Shown here piece by piece: positions 24,783 through 35,684 of a DNA stretch of 35,684 nucleotides. The first letter of the stretch is position 1, and every line of letters begins with the position of its first letter. Source of the DNA: Tubiluchus corallicola (Eukaryota; Animalia; Priapulida); assembly GCA_030141605.1 (NCBI GenBank), contig JAQGDQ010001538.1, forward strand, positions 1 through 35,684. The letters are read 5' to 3'. The notes under the pieces are model-generated. The model was given only the letters and a program-made list of their open reading frames with translations. It was not told where the DNA came from and searched no databases. A program made the position numbers and the translations under genes.

Positions 24783-24980
24783 ATTAATTCAAATTATATT
24801 TACAGAAAAACAGGTATTGAGTTAATCGTTATATTGTAAATATTATAGGGTAAACTATGTATGTATTTTAAATTCATTCTAAATTGGCATTATGTATAAT
24901 CTTGTTATTGTAAATTTACACTTTGTAAACGAACCCCTTGTTTAATTCATTGTTTAATAACAGACTTATAATAATAATAA

Positions 24981-25180
24981 TCTCTCTCTCTCTCTCTCTC
25001 TCGTTCTCTCTTGCCCTCTTTCCTCTCTCTCTCGCTCTTTCTCTCTCTTTCCCTCTCTCTTGCTCTCTTTTTCCTTCTCTCCCTCTCTCTTGCTCTCTCT
25101 CGCTCTCTCTGTTTCTCTTTCTTGCTCCCTCTCACTCGCTCTCTTTCTCTCTATCTCTTGCTCTCTCTGTCTCTCCCTCT
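24981..25180. repeat. (CT)n microsatellite tract 5
   Basis: Its 3' end (CTCTGTCTCTCCCTCTTTTTAAAAA) matches the 3' end of tract 1. Confidence 0.97.
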
Positions 25181-25960
<780 letters not shown>

Positions 25961-26357
25961 GGACCGTGACCCTGACTAAGTAAAGTTGCTACCAGAGCTG
26001 GTCATATTTTGAAGTCAATTTTAACAACTTTATACCGTGTTATGTTCTATAAATTTTATACCTACGTGTATATGAATAGAACGCGGTTTCAATGATGTAA
26101 TTTAAATTTTGTGATAATTGATCTTATTAAAGTTATCAACGAAATAAACATTGTTGTAAAAACTATATTGTGTGGATTTGGCGCGAAAACCAAACGCCGA
26201 GAATTAGTGGAGGACCTACAGGAAAGCCCTAATCGGGTCGTTAACAATCAATGGTAATTAAGGAAAATCATTTCCTAGTGACAAAGACGTTCCCCTTGAC
26301 AACCTCAGGCATTATAAGGCCACTATTATATCCTGATTATGCAATACCTTGTTCAAA

Positions 26358-27509
26358 ATGAGTACCTCTGGGGTACTAGCCAGGAAAAGCTGTACTATTT
26401 GTAGACGCAGTAAGGAAATAACAAAAAGAGAAATATACTGCGTGGTGTGCGTTGGCTGTTTTCACAAGTTCTCAAATGATAACGAATCAGACTCTGAGAC
26501 TGAAACTATTGGGACGCAGTCGGAGCCAAAACCACAAGCGTCGAATGATGCTAGCAAAGCAGGCCTCCTTGATCTACTAAAAATTGAAATAATTCATTTC
26601 ATTCGGGAAGAGAACGATATCAACAAGCTGACCGAAATATTAAACCGGCTGAAAAAAATATCAGGTGATCCTGTCATGGATAAACTAAATCAGATAGAAC
26701 AATCAATAGAAAAGCTGTCGGGAAAAGAACGCAGACCTGCCGGCCTTACTTCCTATAGCAATGCTGTGAAAAAAGGCATGCAAACGTCTGCTACTTCTCG
26801 AAATCGTCTGTTAATAAATACACAAAATCCCATTGTGCAACATGATGAAGCTAGAACAGTTATAATAGAAAATGTTAAAGACAAAAAACTTGTAGAGACC
26901 AGCGCCTCAATTAAAACAAATCTGTGTAAGTATTTTCCACGTGAAAGATTTGAAATAGCCTACTGAACTGCTCGAGGAAACATACAAATTCAGTTAAAAG
27001 ATTCTGAAAATGCAGATGAAATAATAAGCTCATGGAACCCAACTTATATGGGTACCGACACGAAAGTCAGAAAACCAAATAAGTACTCTATTGGAGTGAT
27101 CAAAGACTGTGACCCGGAATTGACTGAAGACGAAATAAAGGCGGCAATTGAACAGAAGTTCCCAGTAATCGAAGTAGAGCGATTTAAACGGAAGAACGGA
27201 GCCAATATGCCAAAAAAAAACAACAAACAACCAATACAGGAGGGAATTCCTATAAAACATCTTCTGTGCGAAGTAGAACAATATATCCGAAAACACACAC
27301 CTTTATGCTGTTACAAGTGTCAGTCTTTTGGTCACGTTGCTAAGTGGTGCAGAAATAAAGCCAACTGTGGTAAATGCGGAAATCTGCATAAAACATCTGA
27401 ATGCAATAGCAAAGAGATAAAGTGCTACAATTGCAAAAGTGAGCATGAAGCCAATTCCAAGAATTGCTCTACATACTTAGATCAGTTAAAAAGACTGAAT
27501 CGTATCTAA
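26358..27509 (+). pseudogene. LINE ORF1, full length with one premature TGA (26964-26966)
   Basis: ORFs 26349-26966 and 27048-27509 are in the same frame and joined by an open stretch. N-terminal Cys cluster, coiled-coil-like segment, SYSNAVK motif and three knuckles (CYKCQSFGHVAKWC, CGKCGNLHKTSEC, CYNCKSEHEANSKNC). Confidence 0.92.
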
Positions 27510-29300
27510 TGGCTGCATCTCCTAGGCGTCTTAGTGTATGCAAATTAATATCAATACTTTTTCTGTTCGTTCGCAATATGCGTTAGACAAATATGAAACT
27601 CCTACTACTTTGGTATTGTTACGGTACATGAAGTGAAAGCTAAACAATACGATGATGTGACTAACTAATTATCAAAGTTATGTCAAAAATAAGGACCCAA
27701 ATACTAGTGGATGTGCAGTATTCGTAAAAAATGAATTGATTAGTTGCAGACTACACGAACTAGAAGATAACAACACAGATACAATTTGGGTTTTAGTTAA
27801 AGGCAAAGGTTTGAAAATGATTGTAGCTTCTGTATATGTTCTGCCAAGTCGAGCACATGCAATCAATACTAGCTTCTTTCAAAAAGGCCTGCCTATTTTC
27901 TGATCAACAAAGCCTAGACGGTCTAACTGGAGATCTGAACAGTAGAAGTTTTATGTGGGATGTAAAAACTAACTCACATGGGCAACTTTTAAATGACTTA
28001 GTTTGTTCTAGTACATATCCAGTACTGCCTGTTGCGCCGTTGGTTGAAACATTTAAATCAGCCCACGGCAAACGCATCATTGATATTGTATTGCTAACAA
28101 ACAATCTTGCGTCATTACCGGTGACACAAAGCATTGACGACGAGGTTGAATTGTTTAGTGGAGCTCCGTTAATGTGCCACTTTCCAGTCATTACTAAGTT
28201 AGGTGCATCTTTGCATAACTGTAGCACAACAGCAAAGCCTACTGCCTTCGATTGCAAAAGCAATAACTGGCATAACTGGTCAGGTTATTTAGAAAATAGT
28301 TTGCGCTCGAATTTTGCGCTCCTTAACGATGCTATAATGCGAGAGTACCTTATTGAGCTGTGGCAGTTGTTTCAGAAATTAATAGAAAAACAGCAATGAA
28401 GCTGTACTACCAAAAAAAGTTGTATATAATCATTCAAAGCCGTTTTGGACTCAAAACTTAAGTTTTTTGTAATAATTTAACTCTATAATTGGTGTTTTAA
28501 ATGGCGGCAGATACTAAATTGCTCGCAAGGAAAAAGTAAAGTAATTCCATTTGGCCTTCATGATTTAAAGGACTGCTTAAAATTTGGAACTAATGAAGTT
28601 AGTTACGTGCAAAGTTGTAAAGTTTTAGGAGTTACAATCGACAGTAATTTGTCATTTTAAAATCATGTAAGTAAGGTTAGAAGATAAGCTTGGAATAGGT
28701 GGATGTCAATTAAGCGTAAGAGCATGCTGTATAAAGGTTTCAGTCTCAATGTTATCATTGCTCTATTTAAGACTTTAGTTTTACCAATTAAAATGTATGC
28801 TGCTCCTGCCTGGATGGCAAGAAAGCACTCACTGTTTGACGATCTGTTGTATGACGTTATGAGAACTGCTACTGGTTGTCACTTTCACTCCTCAAAAGAC
28901 AAACTAGAGTTAATTTGTGGGCTACCCCCACTTGATATTATATTTAAGGGAATCGCCGTAAAATTTATGCTAAAATCTCTAGCAGTGTCGGATTCAGATT
29001 TAGTCAAAACTCATATAATAGAGATTATTTCGTGATTCCACAATCGGTCATAGACATTTCATTCGAGAATTACTGGCATCTAGTGGTCAATATTTAAAAT
29101 TATGTAAAAATTATAATTCACGTACTATTGATTACGGTAATATACCACTGAATATCCTTGAGTAAAAAAACAGGATATTGAGCATTTTATAACACACCTA
29201 TGGAAAAATAGATGCCGTACTCGCTACCAATGCCAGGAGTTATCTATTCTTCCTGAAAATGTATTTTTAACTCCACTAGACCTTCCTTTTCATACAAATA
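27509..29300 (+). pseudogene. LINE ORF2 remnant (APE endonuclease and post-RT region)
   Basis: ATG overlaps the ORF1 stop (TAATG); QININ, GDLNSRS, RIIDIVL, ELFSGAPLMCHFPV, LELICGLPPLDI; multiple frameshifts. Confidence 0.9.
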
Positions 29301-30356
29301 GCAGAACAGGTCTGATGCACCTGTTTGTAGCCATGATTACTATACAAGTTACTATGTCATTTTATCATGAATTTGTAGGAGTTAACACTTGTCTTTTTTA
29401 CGGTTTTCCAGCACTTCTCAGTGACTTCTGTACGTAATATCTTCACGCATCTGTTTACAGAACAAAACTCTTGGATGGTGTAACGATTCTAGTACTGAAA
29501 TTTCAACAAAATTTAGTTATTTAAAATAATAATGATGGCCAGAAAAGTTGTGTGCTTGAATTCAGCACCAGCCCAATGGAATAATTATTTTCATATTATT
29601 AACAAGGGATTGTGAAACTTTTTGTGAAGATATATAATAATTTAAATATCCGCGTATGTTTTTTAATAATTTATCATAGTTGTAGTATTTGTTCACGACT
29701 TTCGCGGTTGCTACTGAACTGTCACATCACATCAAACGAAGCGCCTCTGTCTGCATTAGGCCCATAGAAATTCATTAAATAATTAATGGAGAAAATAATT
29801 AGGGGACAGCATAACAATCGTTTTCTATTATTTAAAACCTACGCAGTTGTAACCACGGAGTTCTATGGAAACAGGCGCTTCTTGTCACACTAGTAATTAA
29901 TCACACCACGACACCTGCTGATTCCATGTTTGTTTTACTTTGGGGGTGAGCGAACAAATTGTGGGCAAGTAAGTACATTTCACACACTAAATTCTAATTA
30001 AAAAGATTTTGTCGATGTGGTTTTACTTTATCTAGTGTGAAAAGTAGGGCCTCTCTTTGGTAATGAACGCTGCAGACACGAACCCTCTGCAAACTCGCAA
30101 GCGTAGCACACCCCTGACCGCTTATGTTATGAAAAAATGACAACAGTTATGAGGCTGTTTTATTCATGAAAGCAGCGTGTACGCACTGATGTTTAACACG
30201 CAGGTATTGTTATGCAATACGGAACTTTTGAAGTAAATCAGAAGTGAAGCTGCTTGCAAATAGAGGCACATTTCTACCCTTTGCGTATAAAATAATAAAG
30301 ATTTATCATCACTTCCCATGAAGTACATTAGAATCTGCTGTTTTCTTTTTCTTCAG

Positions 30357-30384
30357 CTGTGCGTGACTTTTACTGGTCCTGCAG
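30357..30384 (+). CDS. Probable micro-exon of EGF/cadherin-domain gene
   Basis: Strong acceptor ttttctttttcttcag| and donor |gtaaga; LCVTFTGPA, phase 1 out, compatible with the next exon. Confidence 0.6.
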
Positions 30385-30610
30385 GTAAGACTAATTACTC
30401 ATTTGTTTCAACTCAATTAAAATTCATTTCCTATCTTAAATTGCTTGTCTTGAATAATATCGTCAAACAATATTAATGGAATAAACTAGAATAGAAGCTC
30501 AATCCTATTTGTTCATTTCTTGTTACCTACTTCCTTCTTTACTCACTCACTTACTTAATGCTTATTCACATTTTTGTGACTTTTCTTCGCGTGATTTCTA
30601 AACGAACTTA

Positions 30611-30905
30611 TGTTGAGCAGTTTATAGCAAGTTTGTTAATTTGTTTGTTGAGCAGTTTATAGCAAGTTCGTTAATTTGTTTGTTGAGCAGTTTATAGCAA
30701 GTTTGTTAATTTGTTTGTTGAGCAGTTTATAGCAAGTTTGTTAATTTGTTTGTTGAGCAGTTTATAGCAAGTTTGTTAATTTGTTTGTTGAGCAGTTTAT
30801 AGCAAGTTTGTTAAACAAACAAAAACAAACAAAATGTTGAGCAGTTTATAGCAAGTTTGTTAATTTGTTTGTTGAGCAGTTTATAGCAAGTTTGTTTTGT
30901 TTGTT
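30611..30905. repeat. Intronic minisatellite, 35-bp unit, ~8 copies
   Basis: GTTGAGCAGTTTATAGCAAGTTTGTTAATTTGTTT in tandem. Confidence 0.96.
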
Positions 30906-31191
30906 TAGCAGTTTGTTAGCTTTAACTTGTTTAAATATAAATTAAACAACTACTACGAAAAATATCCGAAAGTTTTATTTGTCAAAAAGAAGTCCAGTTG
31001 ACATGTATGCTAAGCTTCAATAACTTTGTGTCATAAAAATATGTATTTTTAATGTGTTTGTAGTACTTGTGCGACTGTTCCAAATTTCGTCACATTTTCA
31101 AAGCTAATCTAAACAGCTGAAACAATTAAATTTTTTAAACATTAAAATTTCTTTAAATTTTTCTCCATGTTTTACTTTTTATTTTTTACAG

Positions 31192-31228
31192 CCACATCTT
31201 TTGAAGTTTGTACTAAAGAAGATGGAAG
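31192..31228 (+). CDS. Exon of EGF/cadherin-domain gene (first EGF cysteine)
   Basis: ttttttacag|..TSFEVCTKEDGS|gtaatt; phase 1 in, phase 2 out. Confidence 0.72.
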
Positions 31229-31458
31229 GTAATTTACTTTAAATACTATAATGTTATAGTATGTTATGTTATGAGATGTCTTTATATCTCGTCTGTAGAT
31301 CTACATAAATGGCTTCTTCAATTCGCAGACAACTGCAAGCAGATTTTCCGCAAATTTTTGCTAATTGAATTATCCAAATATTTTTTTCAAAAATCAGTCT
31401 GCAAATTGCCAAACGCCTACAGGTTATACAGCCAGCAAATTGTTAAAAGACAAGAGAA

Positions 31459-32657
31459 GGGGTACCTGAAGTAGATTTCAGAAAAATCGCCTTAAAAATA
31501 TATTACTTTATAGCATTTTTTGCAAATATCGTACTCGCGCTGAAAGGATTTTTCATTTTAAGTCTCCCGCAATACTGTTCCGACGGCGCCATTATATGAC
31601 GTCACTTACGTACAGCGTAAATCAGGGGAAGGAACGACAATGTTAAACTAGGCCCCCAAAAAGCTTTCCATGCAAAATTATATTATTTAGCATTTCGGTT
31701 ACCTGCTTGAAAGACTTAGGTAACTAGAAAAGAAAATTTTGAACTATTTAAATTGTTTCCACCAACTGGTAAAATGTCGTTGATTCACCCTCCAGGGTGC
31801 ACCACTCACCAACCAAAGATTTTTAATCTTACTGGCAAGATACTGTAATTCTAAATTAATTTTGTTAGTGATGTATGTGCTACAAATGCTGTGATTGTTT
31901 TTCCAAACTTTACACAATATTCTCCAAACTTGTTCCAAATGACTTGTCATCAAAATGGCTGCGTCTAACGGTCATTTCGGGAGATTAAATTTACGTTTTA
32001 TACAGCGTTACTGCCGACGCGAGTGTAATGTGCAAAAGGCAGTATGTAAGTGGTGTAAAATTGCAACACGAATCTTTTAAACTTTATGTACGTAAATGGT
32101 TTCTTGTGCTTTAAAGTAAAACAAGACAATTTTCACAAAGAAAGCTTTTTTCACACAGAACTTGTATCAGCAGTAACACTATATTATAAAACTTACGAAT
32201 TTAGTCTGCAGCGTTGACATTTAAGTTGTTTGAAATAAGTTCAGGAAACATTGTATAAAGTCTGAAAAAATAATCAGAGCATTCGTAGCGCATTCTTCAC
32301 TAAGTAAGCAAACGTATAAATTACTTATCTAGTAGAAAAGATTAATAATGTGTTTTTGGTGTGCCAGTGGTGCATGCTGGGATTACCGATTTTGTGCCGT
32401 TTAAAAATTTTCTTTCTCTAACTGCATGTCTTTCAAACAGGTAGGCGTAATGCTGCGAAATATTAGTTATGTGAAATAGCCTTTTGTTCCCCTTTAAAAA
32501 CAAGAAAAATAACTGTTGTACACATAAGCTACGACAAAGGAATATCTAAAACTTTTAACGATTACTGCTGGATAGAGCATTTCAAATATCGTTTCAATTT
32601 AAAAAAGTATTAAAATTTCTATCTTTGGGATATTTGTACCGATATCGAGGTTACCTT
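31459..32657. mobile_element. Old intronic MITE-like element with degenerate inverted repeats
   Basis: AGCATTTCGGTTACCTGCTTGAAAGAC...AGAAAATTTT (31689-31745) is an imperfect inverted match to 32398-32455; ends resemble AGGGGTACCT / AGGTTACCT. Outer boundaries are uncertain. Confidence 0.45.
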
Positions 32658-32674
32658 ATACTTATACGTTCTAG

Positions 32675-32760
32675 CAGCACAGAATGTTTCAATGGACAAT
32701 GCCTTGACGGAAGCTGTTATTGTAGACCATGCTGGAAAGGATTTTCATGCAATCAATTCG
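32675..32760 (+). CDS. EGF-like domain exon
   Basis: ttctag|STECFNGQCLDGSCYCRPCWKGFSCNQF|gtaata; CxNGxC...CxCxxxWxGxxC spacing; phase 2 in, phase 1 out. Confidence 0.88.
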
Positions 32761-32804
32761 GTAATATTATTTATTAAATACAAGTTTCACAGATAAATTT
32801 CCAA

Positions 32805-33188
32805 GCATTTACTGAAATACAGCCCCAGAATATACTGAAACAGTGCTCCAAAGTTTACTGAAATACAATTCCAGAATTTACTGAAATACAACTTCGGAAT
32901 TTACTGAAATACAGCCCCAGAATATACTGAAACAGTGCTCCAAATTTACTGAAATACAATTCCAGAATTTACTGAAATACAACTATAGAATTTAGTGAAA
33001 ATACAGCTTTGGAATTTACTGAATTACAACTTCAAATTTAGTGAAATTCAGCTCTGGAATTTACTGAAGTACAACTGTAGAATTTACTGAAACACAGCTC
33101 TGGAATTTACTGAAATACAACTTCAGAATTTAGTAAAATAAAGCTCTGGAATTTTCCAAAATACAGCTCTGGAATTTACAGAAGTACA
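32805..33188. repeat. Intronic minisatellite, ~23-bp unit, ~16 copies
   Basis: GAATTTACTGAAATACAGCTCTG and variants in tandem. Confidence 0.93.
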
Positions 33189-33575
33189 TATATTTTTATG
33201 TAAAGGTAGTGAAACAAATGAATTAAAATTTAATTTACTTTCATTCACAGGTCAAGAAAGCAATTTCTTTTTTATTTATTACGTTATGTAGTATGTCTTT
33301 CATAATACATAATTTTCCTTATAGCTGTAATATTTGATTGCAAACACTGTGCGAGTGTTCAAAAAATAAATTGATATCCATACATGAGTAAATAAACGTG
33401 CAAATAGATCAAAGCTTAGTGATGGTAAACTAAGAGGCTTTCACGCACATTAATTTAACAGATAAATAAAAAAACTTAATTATTCTAAAATATAAACGTA
33501 AATAATCAGCGCTTTGATTCCATTCCATCACCTTTTTTACATTTTGTAGTGAAAAGTGACTTTTACGTTTTGCAG

Positions 33576-33684
33576 AAGACAAATTCAAACCGAAATTCAG
33601 CAAAACCCAGGTTGGCATTACTGTCAATTCGTCAGTCCCTTTGGGATCCAAAATATACGTCTTGGAGGCCACAGATCTGGACAG
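33576..33684 (+). CDS. Cadherin-repeat exon (N-terminal half of an EC domain)
   Basis: ttttgcag|EDKFKPKFSKTQVGITVNSSVPLGSKIYVLEATDLD|gtaaaa; PxF...PxG...AxDxD cadherin pattern, in phase with the EGF exon. Confidence 0.88.
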
Positions 33685-34404
33685 GTAAAAGCACTAAGAT
33701 TTCCTTAACTCTACACATCATTATAACCTTCATGTATATGCATATGTATACACAAGTATGTATGTATGTATGTATGTATATATGTATAGCTGTATATTGG
33801 AACGCATCCGGGGTCCAGCGCGGACCCGTCTCAGGATGTACAAAGCGGCATACAAGTTACGAAATACTACAGCCAACAAGAAAAATTAAAAGATCGGAAT
33901 ACGAGTGTGAAAAGAACTTTATAGCATAACTTCAATGCAAAGGAATGAAACGCGAACAGACTTTTGTATAAAAATTAACAAACCTACAGCATTCACCTTT
34001 ACAAACGGAAAGGCCAGATTGGAATCGTGAAATTGCGGCGTGCCTTCTCTTTTATACAGGTACATTTGCATTACTGGGCTTCTCAACCATACCCATTACT
34101 AACATTAGGGGGTTGGTTAAAATCTGCCTTCGTAACAATACGTATATATAAAATTAATTATCATAGTAAACTAAGTATTGCTCGTTACAAATATTAGTTC
34201 TTTTTCAATCTCCTTAATGCTTTCCACCGCTATAGTAGTTTGCTATGTAAAATTAATTACATAGGTCATAAATATTACCGCTGCTGTCCTCTTCAGTTTC
34301 GCTTGTCAGTTGCCATGTCAAATTATTAATCAATTCAGTTTAAATTAATCCTAAATTCTTTATACTAATAATCATTACGACTTGTTACACTAATATAATA
34401 ATAA

Positions 34405-34492
34405 CACTTACATAATTCCTCTACAGGCCCCCATGAACAGTATTACACCATCTAATTAGTTCACGGGGGCCTGTAGGGGAATTATCTAAGTG
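34405..34492. repeat. Hairpin/mini inverted repeat, 34-bp arms
   Basis: CACTTACATAATTCCTCTACAGGCCCCCATGAAC ... GTTCACGGGGGCCTGTAGGGGAATTATCTAAGTG (3 mismatches). Confidence 0.9.
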
Positions 34493-34667
34493 GAAGATGT
34501 AAATGACCACTTGGTCCTACACTTCCCTCACACAAACTAAATTTGTTCATTGATGATATTGCGTTTGTAAGTGTGTTCTAGTTTTATGTGTGAAATAAAA
34601 CATCATAATTCATATAGAACTGTTATATAATGGGGAAATGTGTCACTAGGCGACCTGGATACTGAAT

Positions 34668-35684
<1,017 letters not shown>

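Larger units (their letters stand above)
20771..24980 (+). mobile_element. Non-LTR retrotransposon (I/Jockey-group-like), 5'-truncated in ORF1, with (TAA)n tail abutting a CT tract
   Basis: ORF1 C-terminus, overlapping full-span ORF2, AT-rich 3' UTR, and ...TTATAATAATAATAA|TCTCTCTC junction. The left boundary is approximate. Confidence 0.93.
25961..29310 (+). mobile_element. Non-LTR retrotransposon of the same family, 5'-intact, RT core deleted, 3'-truncated
   Basis: ~400-bp 5' UTR right after CT, full ORF1 and APE domain. It then jumps from HSKPFWTQNL (~28460) to LYNWCFKWRQILNC (~28480), followed by a C-terminal region homologous to 23660-24480. Confidence 0.92.

Noticed and set aside
29379-29967. 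Candidate upstream exons/start codon of the EGF-cadherin gene (GVNTCLFYGF..., MFVLLWG, ...NCGQ|gtaagt)
   Set aside because: Plausible splice signals exist, but no stop-free, phase-consistent chain could be built by eye.
30611-33188. CRISPR-like appearance of 23-40-bp repeats (also 11340-11850)
   Set aside because: No unique spacers, no cas genes, located in eukaryotic introns; these are tandem minisatellites.

Overview
AT-rich eukaryotic (invertebrate-like) genomic DNA dominated by repeats; no prokaryotic genes, CRISPR or RNA genes are evident. Two spliced host genes are visible. One is the 3' part of a trypsin-family (S1) serine protease on the minus strand (exons at about 14.7, 13.8, 12.5 and 10.9 kb). 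The other is an EGF + cadherin-domain gene on the plus strand (exons 30.4-33.7 kb, continuing beyond the window). The dominant structure is a duplicated composite unit, [block A ~2.1 kb]-(CT)n-[block B ~0.58 kb]-(CT)n, at 0.4-4.1 kb and 16.7-26.0 kb. Its (CT)n tracts hold several related, divergent, co-oriented non-LTR retrotransposons (three-knuckle ORF1; APE-RT-CCHC ORF2 with an atypical 'GAPxMxH' endonuclease motif). These begin and/or end exactly at the CT tracts, suggesting a (TC)n-microsatellite-targeting LINE family. Also present: a Sola3-like long-TIR non-autonomous DNA transposon, an RTE-derived bipartite short element with a 12-bp TSD nested in an RT gene, a gypsy-like LTR/gag stub, an older LINE 3' fragment, minisatellites, hairpins and long GTA/TAA microsatellites.
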